This document shows, one piece after another, positions 21,958-30,471 of a stretch of 64,000 nucleotides of DNA; position 1 is the stretch's first letter, and each line of letters starts with the position of its first letter. The notes beneath the pieces were generated by a model that did no database searches, had not been told where the DNA came from, and was given only the letters and a program-made list of their open reading frames with translations. The translations under genes were made by a program, and so were the position numbers. Origin of the DNA: an uncultured bacterium (GTDB lineage: Bacteria; Verrucomicrobiota; Verrucomicrobiia; Limisphaerales; UBA8199); the NCBI GenBank assembly GCA_963749495.1, contig CAVVMW010000029.1, positions 75,357 through 139,356 on the forward strand, read 5' to 3'.

Positions 21958-22887
21958 TCAACTCCCGAATCTCCCCCGCGCCTCGGCGATGTCCCGGGCG
22001 ATTTGGCTGCGCAGGTCCTCGAGCGAGGCGAATTGGCATTCGTCGCGCAATTTCTCGACGAAGACGATTTCGAGTTCCTGGCCGTAGAGATCGCCTTGGA
22101 AGTCGAGCAGGTGGGCCTCGACCTGCAAATGGGGCTCGGGCCGGGACAGAGTCGGGCGCAGGCCGATGTTCAAGACCGCGCGCCGGGATTGCCCGCCGGC
22201 CAGGGCATGGACGGCATAGACGCCCCGGGGGGGCAGGACCAGGCCGGCGACGTCGAGGTTGGCGGTCGGGAAACCCAACTGGCGCCCGAGCCGGTCGCCC
22301 TGGACCACCTGGCCGGCCAGGGAGCAGGCGCGGCCGAGCATCTGGCTGGCCGCGTCGAGGTTGCCCGCCTGGATCACCTGGCGGATGCGCGTGCTGCTCA
22401 CGGCCCGGCCATCAAGCGAGACGGCAGCCAGGCCATGCACGGCAAAGTGGAGTTCCTTGCCCAGTTGCTTCAACAGCTCGACGTTGCCTCCCCGCTTGTA
22501 GCCGAAGGTGAAATTGGCCCCGACACAGATGCTCAGGAGCTGCCTCAAATCCCGGCTCAGCCCGCGGATGAACTCCTCTCCCGTCTGGCGGCTGAAGGCC
22601 TCGTCGAAGTGAATCAGCCACAGGGCGTCCACGCCGAGGGACCCGATCGTTCGCAGCTTCTGGGGCAGCGAATAGATTCGTGGCGGCACGCGGCCCGGCG
22701 CCACGACCGTGTTGGGGTGGCGGTCGAAGGTGATCACCAGCGCCAGGCCCTCGTGCTGGCGCGCATCGTTGATGGCCTGGCGGATCGTCTGCTGGTGCCC
22801 GAGATGGACGCCGTCGAAAAACCCGATGGCCAGGGACACCTTGCGGGTGCCGGGGCGCAGTTGGTTTGCGGCGTGGACGATCTTCAT
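21958..22887 (-). CDS. ribF: Riboflavin kinase / FAD synthetase
   Basis: IGFFDGVHLGHQ, VSSTRIR, GRQLGFPTAN, GVYA, EAHLLDF. Confidence 0.97.
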   Translation of the reverse strand: MKIVHAANQLRPGTRKVSLAIGFFDGVHLGHQQTIRQAINDARQHEGLALVITFDRHPNTVVAPGRVPPRIYSLPQKLRTIGSLGVDALWLIHFDEAFSRQTGEEFIRGLSRDLRQLLSICVGANFTFGYKRGGNVELLKQLGKELHFAVHGLAAVSLDGRAVSSTRIRQVIQAGNLDAASQMLGRACSLAGQVVQGDRLGRQLGFPTANLDVAGLVLPPRGVYAVHALAGGQSRRAVLNIGLRPTLSRPEPHLQVEAHLLDFQGDLYGQELEIVFVEKLRDECQFASLEDLRSQIARDIAEARGRFGS

Positions 22888-23633
22888 TCCGGGCTGGATT
22901 GCAGCACAATTCCCGTTAACCCCTGTGCCAGCTTCAGGAATGGGATGACTCGTTTTTCGAGTTCGCGCGGGGTGAGCTTGAGGATGTCGGCCAGGGGTGC
23001 GGCCTGGGCAACGTCGAAGCGGCCGGAGGTGATGCGGCGCAGGGAGGCCAGGTGGGCGCCGCAGCCAAGTTGTTGGCCCAACTCATGGGCGATGCTGCGC
23101 ACGTATGTGCCTTTGGTGCAGGCCAGGCGCAAGCGCGCCAGCGGCTCCTGGTATTCGGTGAAGCGGAAGGTGTAGATGTGGATCAGGCGGGCCTGGCGCT
23201 CGACCTCGATGCCCTTGCGCGCCAGTTTGTAAAGCGGCACGCCATCCTTTTTCACGGCTGAGACCATGGGCGGGGTCTGCATCTGGTCGCCGACAAACTG
23301 CGCTGCGGCCTGGTTGAGCTGGTCCAGGGTCATCGGCGGCACTGGCAGCGATGCGGTCAGCCGCCCATCCGCGTCATAGGTGTCGGTGCTCTCCCCAAAC
23401 TTGATTGTCCCCTCATAGACCTTGTCGTCGGCCATGAGTTTTTCGGAGAGCTTGGTGCCCCGGCCCAGGACCAGCACCAGCAAACCGGTTGCGTTGGGGT
23501 CCAGCGTGCCGCAGTGCCCCACCTTCTTGATCCCGAAATGCCGGCGGACCGCATCCACCACGTCGTGGGAGGTTGGCCCGGCCGGCTTATCAACCAGTAT
23601 CGCCCCGTCCAGCGCAGAGAACTCTTGCATCAT
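22884..23633 (-). CDS. truB: tRNA pseudouridine(55) synthase
   Basis: DKPAGPTSHD, GHCGTLDPNATG, PPMVSAVK, CTKGTYVRS. Confidence 0.97.
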   Translation of the reverse strand: MMQEFSALDGAILVDKPAGPTSHDVVDAVRRHFGIKKVGHCGTLDPNATGLLVLVLGRGTKLSEKLMADDKVYEGTIKFGESTDTYDADGRLTASLPVPPMTLDQLNQAAAQFVGDQMQTPPMVSAVKKDGVPLYKLARKGIEVERQARLIHIYTFRFTEYQEPLARLRLACTKGTYVRSIAHELGQQLGCGAHLASLRRITSGRFDVAQAAPLADILKLTPRELEKRVIPFLKLAQGLTGIVLQSSPE

Positions 23634-23734
23634 GCTTAATTAAATCGCTTTTCGGGATGGTTGCAATTTGATACGCTCCTTTTGAAGCAAAAATTGCATC
23701 GCCAATTGCCCATGGGCCTACGACAGAATTCTTC

Positions 23735-23792
23735 GCTGCCGCATAAATGCGGCGTTCCGAGGCGAACCGGAACGCCGCATTTATGCGGCAGG
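23735..23792. repeat. Long palindrome (REP-like)
   Basis: CTGCCGCATAAATGCGGCGTTCCG ... CGGAACGCCGCATTTATGCGGCAG. Confidence 0.75.
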
Positions 23793-23893
23793 CGGGCGCC
23801 CTGGAAGAAATCTGTCGCGCCCCCATTGCCAATTGCCATTTGCCAAGTTGGAGAATTCCGCCTCGCCCGAGGCGCGGCCAGTCCTCTTTCGCC

Positions 23894-26800
23894 ATGACTC
23901 CGCATTCGTCATTCGTCATTCGTCATTCGTCATTCGTCATTCGTCATTCCGCACTCCGCAGTCGATTTAGGGTCTTGACGTGGCTCGGACTGGCACTGCT
24001 GCCGTGGTTTGGCCGGGTTCACGCGGCCTCGTTTGGCGAGAGCTTCGAGGGCTACGCCCAGGGCGACCTGGACAAGAACCTGGCAAACGGGAACAATGCG
24101 GCGCCCAACGGCTCGGGCAACCCGTGGTGGGGCGCCAATCCTCCCAGCCTTGCTCCCAACTTTGCCGTGGTCGGCAGTGAAAACGGAGTTGACCCCCATA
24201 GCGGCCTCCAAATGCTGCGCAACGAGGTCGGCTCCTTGTTCCGGGTGGGGACATACGACAACGACCGCGAATACTATAACCTGGCCTTCCGGCAGAACGG
24301 GGGGACTCTTTATTATGGCAACCTGGCTCTGGAGTGGTGGTTTTATGACCCCTGCGGCGACAGCGCTACTGATCCGTGGAACCGGGACTATTATGACGAG
24401 TTCGCCGGGCTGGCCAATTTCGGGACGGGCATCCCGGGCGATGCGGATTACAGCGGCAGCGGCGACGACCCCGCCAGTCCCGTGCAACGCCTGATGCTGG
24501 GCGCCTTCAACGCCTTGGGCGCCGCCGACACCTCGAAGTACCAGGCCATAGTGCTCGGGGCGACCAACGGCCTGAGCGGCGCCTACCCGGCTTATTTCAA
24601 CACCGCCACCACCCGCTCGGTGGGCTGGCACCACGCCCGCATCGTGCTGGGCACGCCAAACCCCCGGACGCACACGGCCATGGTCAAGTTCTACCTCGAT
24701 GACATGCTCAATCCCGCCTTGACTCATGACAATGCGGGCGGGACCGGCATCAACTGCATCCAGGTCTGCTCGCTGGTGGACATCGGATCGCCCTCGCCAA
24801 TGGGCGGTTACCTGGACGATTTCTATTTCCAGGACGGAGTCACCGCACCGGCCATCGCCGCCGGCCTGACAAACCTCGCCGTCGCCCCGGGCGATACCGT
24901 GACGCTGGCCGTTGGCGGCGTCACCGGCACGCCCGCCCCTGCCCTTTATTGGCAGAAAGACGGCTCGGCCCTCACCAACGACAGCCACATCAGCGGGGCC
25001 GATACCACGGCCTTGATCATTTCAAACATCACGCCCGCGGACTTCGGGGCCTATTCCCTGCTGGCCAGCAACGTCGCCGGGTGCGCCCTCACCAGCGCCG
25101 TGGTGGGCCTGCCGGTGCCGCCGACGCTCGACAGCCAATCGCCCACAGGCGGAACCGTCGTGGCCAGCCTGGGCGCCACGGTAACTTTTTCAGTGAGCGC
25201 CCATGCCACTCACCCGATCGGTTACCAGTGGAGCAAGGACGGCAGCCCGCTCTCCAACACACTCAATCTCGCCGGCGCGACCGCGCCCACACTGACCCTC
25301 AGGACCCTCGCCGCCAACAACGCCGGCAGTTATTCTTGCACCCTGAGCAACCTCGATGGCGCCACGAACAGCATCCCGGTCCTTCTCCAACTCTCGGCCG
25401 TTCCGGTCATCCTCAGCCAACCGGCCAGCCTCGTCATCGGCGCGGGCACAAACGCGTCCTTCACCGTCGCTGCCGCCTGCCCGAGCCTGGTCTATCGTTG
25501 GAGCAAGGATGGGACGCCGCTCAGCAACGGCGCCAGGACCTCCGGGGCCGCCTCGGCCTCGCTCACCATTGCGGGGGCCCTGGATGCCGATGCCGGCGCC
25601 TACACGTGCTTCATCACCAACACCGCCGGCTTCACCAACACGGCCCCGGCCAGCCTCCAGGTGGTTGACCCGCCGCTCATCACGCTCCAGCCGCAACCGG
25701 CCAGCCAGGTGACCTATCCCGGGAGCAACCTGGTCTTCCAGGTTGCCGCGCAGGGGACGCCGCCCCTGGGCTACCAATGGTTGCGGAGCGGGGTCCCGCT
25801 GCTCGACAGCACCAACGTCTCCGGCTCGACCACCCCCACGCTCAACCTGACCGTTGCCTCGACGGAAGATGAGGGGCTTTACCAGTGCAGCGTCAGCAAC
25901 TTTGCCAACGTGGCGTTGAGCGCCGGCGCGGTCGTGCGCGTGCGCCAGGCGGAGGTTGCGTTCTTCGACGATTTCGAGAGCTATCTCTCGTGCTGCCTGC
26001 CCGGCGGGCCCGGGACCTCGGGCTGGCGCGGCGGCGCACAGCTCGACGGCCAGGGACCGTGGTGGGGATGGAGCAGCCCGAACATCCGCGTCTATACCGC
26101 CCAGAACGGCATCACGCCGCACACGGGCTCGCAGATGATCGGCGGCCCGTTCAACGGCGCTATCGGCACCAGCGACGACGACCGCACTTACCTGAACATC
26201 TCCTACCGGTTCAACAACGGTGCGCTCTACTTTGGGAACATCCTCCTGGATTGGTATTTCTGCGACCTCTTCCCCACCAACAATGCCAGCTACAGCGACC
26301 AGGTCTCGCTGGCCAATTACGGCCAGCACGTCCCCCCGGACTCGGACACCGACCTGAGCAAGCCAACCAACCTGGTCCAGCGCCTGGCCATCGGCGGCTG
26401 GCCGGGCGGGGACCTGGCCCGCTACCAGTGCGCCGTCATGACCGCCCCAGACGGCTTGAGCGGGGACAACGGCGAACTGGGCGGCGTCTGCAATTACTTC
26501 AATACCACGGCAGCGCGCACCAACGGCTGGCATCATGCCCGCATCCTGGTCGGCCCGGCCGATGCCGCCACTCGAGTTGCCACCTGCTCCTTTTACATCG
26601 ATGACATGCTCGAGCCGGTCCTGATCCACGACAACGCGGGCGGGCCGGGCTTCAATGCTATCGATATCGCCAGCGACATCATTTACAGCGGCGGCGATGG
26701 CCAGACCGCAGCGGGCTATTTCGACGACCTGGCCTTCCGCGCCGTCAACGACCCCTTCATCCTCGAACAACCGGTGGACCAGGCGGCCCCGTCGGGCGAG

Positions 26801-27373
26801 AGCGCAACCCTGGCCGTGGCGGCTTTTGGCGCCGGGTTCCAGTGGCAAAAGGATGGCGCGCCTCTCCAGGGCGCCACCAACGCGCAACTGACCCTCAACC
26901 CCGCGCTGACTACAGACGCCGGCGGCTATGCCTGCGTCGTTACGGGCGCCAACGGCTCGATCACCTCGAGCATCGCCTCTCTCTCCATCATCAGCAACGC
27001 CGCCCCGCCGCTCCTGGCCGTCGCCCGGGCGGGACACGCCGTCGTCATCACCTGGGCCGGTCCATCCGTCCTGCAATCCGCCACCAATGCGGCCGGCCCA
27101 TACCTGGATGTGACCGGCGCCACAAGCCCCTACACCAACAGCCTTCCTGCCACGCGGGTGCGCTTCTTCCGGTTGCGGACCTCCGCCGGCGCGCGGCCCA
27201 CCCTCGCCATCGCCCGTGCCCGAAGCGGCGTCGTCATCACCTGGGCCGGTCCTTACACGCTCCAATCCTCCACCAGCGCCCCCGGCCCATACCTGGATGT
27301 GGCCGGCGCCTCGAGCCCTTACACCAACGCCCTGCCGGCGGTGCGCAGCCGGTTCTTCCGGCTGCGGAATTAA
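23894..27373 (+). CDS. Secreted Ig-repeat surface protein with two homologous ~250-aa beta-sandwich domains and a duplicated C-terminal motif
   Basis: Five Ig I-set-like units with a W.(K/R).G...D.G.Y pattern. Two domains of form F..(D/S)FE.Y...GWHHARI...DD. Two C-terminal VITWAGP..LQS..SPYTN..RFFRLR repeats. Confidence 0.88.
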   Translation: MTPHSSFVIRHSSFVIRHSALRSRFRVLTWLGLALLPWFGRVHAASFGESFEGYAQGDLDKNLANGNNAAPNGSGNPWWGANPPSLAPNFAVVGSENGVDPHSGLQMLRNEVGSLFRVGTYDNDREYYNLAFRQNGGTLYYGNLALEWWFYDPCGDSATDPWNRDYYDEFAGLANFGTGIPGDADYSGSGDDPASPVQRLMLGAFNALGAADTSKYQAIVLGATNGLSGAYPAYFNTATTRSVGWHHARIVLGTPNPRTHTAMVKFYLDDMLNPALTHDNAGGTGINCIQVCSLVDIGSPSPMGGYLDDFYFQDGVTAPAIAAGLTNLAVAPGDTVTLAVGGVTGTPAPALYWQKDGSALTNDSHISGADTTALIISNITPADFGAYSLLASNVAGCALTSAVVGLPVPPTLDSQSPTGGTVVASLGATVTFSVSAHATHPIGYQWSKDGSPLSNTLNLAGATAPTLTLRTLAANNAGSYSCTLSNLDGATNSIPVLLQLSAVPVILSQPASLVIGAGTNASFTVAAACPSLVYRWSKDGTPLSNGARTSGAASASLTIAGALDADAGAYTCFITNTAGFTNTAPASLQVVDPPLITLQPQPASQVTYPGSNLVFQVAAQGTPPLGYQWLRSGVPLLDSTNVSGSTTPTLNLTVASTEDEGLYQCSVSNFANVALSAGAVVRVRQAEVAFFDDFESYLSCCLPGGPGTSGWRGGAQLDGQGPWWGWSSPNIRVYTAQNGITPHTGSQMIGGPFNGAIGTSDDDRTYLNISYRFNNGALYFGNILLDWYFCDLFPTNNASYSDQVSLANYGQHVPPDSDTDLSKPTNLVQRLAIGGWPGGDLARYQCAVMTAPDGLSGDNGELGGVCNYFNTTAARTNGWHHARILVGPADAATRVATCSFYIDDMLEPVLIHDNAGGPGFNAIDIASDIIYSGGDGQTAAGYFDDLAFRAVNDPFILEQPVDQAAPSGESATLAVAAFGAGFQWQKDGAPLQGATNAQLTLNPALTTDAGGYACVVTGANGSITSSIASLSIISNAAPPLLAVARAGHAVVITWAGPSVLQSATNAAGPYLDVTGATSPYTNSLPATRVRFFRLRTSAGARPTLAIARARSGVVITWAGPYTLQSSTSAPGPYLDVAGASSPYTNALPAVRSRFFRLRN

Positions 27374-27567
27374 GCGCCAACCCCAGGGATCTAGGTTCCA
27401 GGCGGCCGACGGGCCTTTTGCCTGCCCGAAGGGCCGCCAGAGCCTAGCCCAGGGCTGAGGCCGGCAGGCCGATGCCCTGGGTACAGGTTCTTCGTAATCA
27501 AGCGCGCCCTGCATCAAAACGAGCTTGTCCGCGTTGCCCTGGCTCGACATTCTTGCTGGCATTCGGA

Positions 27568-28218
27568 ATGAAGGCCGTGAACGAGTTCGCGTTTCGGATC
27601 AACCTGCAGGGTTCGCCGCAGGCGGCCACGCTTCGCTTTGCCAGCGAAGCTGAGATTCAGCGGTACCATCGTTCCCTCCCCCCTTTCGCTCGGCAGGCTC
27701 CAGGAGCGTTACGTGATGCGGTTGAGTTCACGCGGCTTGCTGCCAAGCGTTGGCGCTATTATTCGCACCAAGGCGAAGCCGCCAAGAGTCTGACCGACCT
27801 GCGGCACAGGATTCGCCCCACCTCAACTTGTGAGGTGGCCTTCATCATGGTTGCCACCATCCGACAGGACCGGCGCGACTTGCCGCTCGGCCTCGCGTAC
27901 TGCCGCCGGACCTGGTGTCACCACCCGGCGCTGGACTTTCTCGCTTTGCACCCGCGAGCGCTTGCTCCGGGTCGGCGCATCAGAGGTGTCGGGAGCGGGA
28001 TTGTATTCGGACTGGTCCAACTGGCCAGGGCGCTGAGGATTCCACGGATCTGGGGGGAAGCCACGGTCAACTCCGCTCCCTTTTACGAGAAGCTGCTGGC
28101 AATCCGCCCCGTTCAAGACTTGTTCATCATCGGCGGGCCGGAAATGTCGGCGATCGCCGAGCGCCAAGAAAAGGCATGCCTTGGCCTTGCAACCCGACGG
28201 AGGGGTGGCGTACAGTAA
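27568..28218 (+). CDS. GNAT-fold protein, putative toxin
   Basis: Acetyl-CoA motif IRGVGSGIV followed by EAT.NSAPFYEKL. Confidence 0.6.
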   Translation: MKAVNEFAFRINLQGSPQAATLRFASEAEIQRYHRSLPPFARQAPGALRDAVEFTRLAAKRWRYYSHQGEAAKSLTDLRHRIRPTSTCEVAFIMVATIRQDRRDLPLGLAYCRRTWCHHPALDFLALHPRALAPGRRIRGVGSGIVFGLVQLARALRIPRIWGEATVNSAPFYEKLLAIRPVQDLFIIGGPEMSAIAERQEKACLGLATRRRGGVQ

Positions 28219-28225
28219 TGGTTGC

Positions 28226-28429
28226 ATGAAAACGGAGCGGACAAAGCCGGTCAGCCTCGAGCAACTTTGGGATTACGAGGACAAGCACCCGGTCGTCTTC
28301 GCCTCGCCGAGAGCGCTGGCCGAAGCTCGTTTGATCGCCGAGCTCGAGCGCGCTAAACGGAATCATCGCCGCTACACCCGTCGAAACGGGGCTTCCCATT
28401 CCCACCGCCGCAAAATGGCCGCGGCCTGA
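28226..28429 (+). CDS. Small hypothetical protein (67 aa), possible antitoxin
   Basis: Starts 7 bp after the GNAT stop: MKTERTKPVSLEQLWDYEDKHP. Confidence 0.5.
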   Translation: MKTERTKPVSLEQLWDYEDKHPVVFASPRALAEARLIAELERAKRNHRRYTRRNGASHSHRRKMAAA

Positions 28430-29277
28430 CTCTCCCTGGTTTTGGCGGCGGATTGGCCGTTGCGGCCGGAGCGAGGCGGGGGCGGCGGATCGGCATCAGC
28501 GAAGGGGCTTGCCAATAACCAGCCGCCTTCGGAGAATCATCGGCCCCCTAACGGCGGCGGCCGAAGCCAGACCCAACGCCGCCACCATACCGGGGAGTGT
28601 AAGCATCCTTCCTCCGCTCCTCAGGGACTCCTGGACTAGCCGCGCACGCCTGATTGAATACACCGACTGCTTGGCGATCCGGCGGAGAAAACGAAAATTC
28701 ATCCCCCCCGCTCGTGTATATGATGGCCTCGGCCCTGGACACAGGCCACCGTCCCGGAGCCCGGCTTCCTGTTGGACTTGGCCGCCGATCCGGGGGAAGC
28801 ACGCGACCTCGGCACCACTCGCCGGGTTAGAATCATGGAATTCCGCGTGCTCCTGGCCCACACCTCCTATTCCGGCCGGACGCCCTGAGGCGCCGCCAAA
28901 GCGTTTGAAGGCCTTCTCCTCCGGCGGCGCCAGCGCCCTCCTCCGTACCCAAAGGTCATGGGTTGGCCCCGCCCACGCCACCGGGCGGCTTGGCACGACC
29001 CGCCCGGCGGCCCCTCCCTACCGGGTGCCCAAGGGCCTTATACCGACGGCAAGAAACCGGCAAAATGTGCTCCTTGAGTTTCTGGTCCTCCTCTGGTATC
29101 AACCGGCCATAATCAGTGAGACCGAGAACCAATTCTCCCTCACCCGTGTAGCGTCAAAACCGCGGGCGCGGCAAAAAACCAAATTCTTATCAGTTAGAAC
29201 CTCGAAGGGCGGGGTCTTCGTGCGTCCTGGCCGGCCACCCTGAGTGTGCGAAAAGGTCGTGTTGTCGCACTGGTTTC

Positions 29278-29460
29278 TCAGGCAAAAATCAACACTAGAG
29301 TTCCTGCGGCGGCCAGCCCCCAGGCTACCCAACCAAGCCAATCTGGGAAGTTAGGGGAGTGTTCCAGAAGGAGAACCGACGGGCGTTTGAGCCGTTCAAA
29401 AAACCCCAGAACGAGGCCGATCACAGTCACGCAGATACCTATAATCTTAAATGTGCTCAT
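29278..29460 (-). CDS. Small two-TM membrane protein
   Basis: Two hydrophobic segments; lower GC; lies downstream of the HNH gene. Confidence 0.45.
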   Translation of the reverse strand: MSTFKIIGICVTVIGLVLGFFERLKRPSVLLLEHSPNFPDWLGWVAWGLAAAGTLVLIFA

Positions 29461-29544
29461 AGGGAATTATTTGGCACCTTGGTGTGCCTTCGTCCGAGGG
29501 ATTTGGCCAGTGCTCCGGAATGGATTGGCAGTTGTCCCTTCTAT

Positions 29545-30404
29545 TCAAGTGCCATAGCCCCACTTGGTTCGGTGGTAGTGCAGGTAGGTCGCAGTGTCCG
29601 GCGGCGGCGGTTTTGTGAGTGCCCGTTCGAGGACACCGTAGATTACCTGCTCGCGAGGCGAGAGCTCCGGTGAGACAAGCATGCAGCCCGAATCCTCGAA
29701 CGAGATCAGGCCTGCATCGAAGAGTGCGTCGAGGCTCGCTACAAGAGGGAGCCCGTTCGCTGGGTCAAGGCGTTCTTCGTTCGTTGAGTCCTTCCACGGC
29801 TTGATATGTGAGGCTCGAATTGCCTCCAGCGTGGAAGAGTCTGTTACACAGCATCGAACATTCCAGCGGCGAAGAACAGATGAGCGAAACTCGCCCTGAC
29901 CTACGCGGGCCTCGACAAGCCTCTGCTTAATCGTTGCATTGACGGTTTTACTCGAGAAAATCGCGCGGAGGTCTTCGGTCAGGGTGCTGTGCGCCGGCGC
30001 GAGGCCGTCCAGTTCGGTGAGGGGAATGCGCGCTGTGATGCGGGCGTAAACGTCGTTGCCGTCGTGAATAATCTCTCCAAGCTGAAGTAGCGGGCTTTTC
30101 TGAAAGCTTTTTATCTGGAGACGCTCATTTGTACTTGGGTCTTTTGCGGTTACAACGACCCCGAAACCCTGAGCACCCCTCTTGATGGCCGCGATGTGTT
30201 CGAGCCGTTCAGCGTAACCAGGAGAGCTGGTTCGTGGATTCGTCCAGTAAATCTGGCCCTCTCGCCCTCCGCATCTGGTTTTATTTGATGCTCCCAGACC
30301 TTGAGAAATACGCGATTCGAAACAGGGTGGACTGCGCCAAATGACTGTCGGTAATTCCTCAGCCTGGCCCCGAGCGTGTCCTGAAAGAAACTTCTAACGC
30401 TCAT
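29545..30404 (-). CDS. HNH endonuclease (HNH_2-like); frameshift near 30255; mostly missed by the ORF track
   Basis: Manual translation gives ARVGQGEFRSSVL..W..RCCVT...IRASHIKPW...ERLDPANGLPL...DALFDAGLISF...YLHYHR. Confidence 0.85.
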
Positions 30405-30471
30405 CGAGCGTGGATCCTGCCAGACGGGGATGAGGGTGTCAAGCCCGCCTTTTCTGACCGCTTCGGAGGGT

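Noticed and set aside
19782..23944. Tandem repeats as a CRISPR array
   Set aside because: The 7-nt units have no spacers, and no cas genes are present in the window.
25190..27562. Long antisense ORFs (also 14099..15655, 21760..23175, 45773..47119, 9212..10588)
   Set aside because: These are shadows of real high-GC genes on the opposite strand.
28496..28996. Possible IS4-like remnant (RMLTLPGMVAAL)
   Set aside because: The match is too short and degenerate to support a call.
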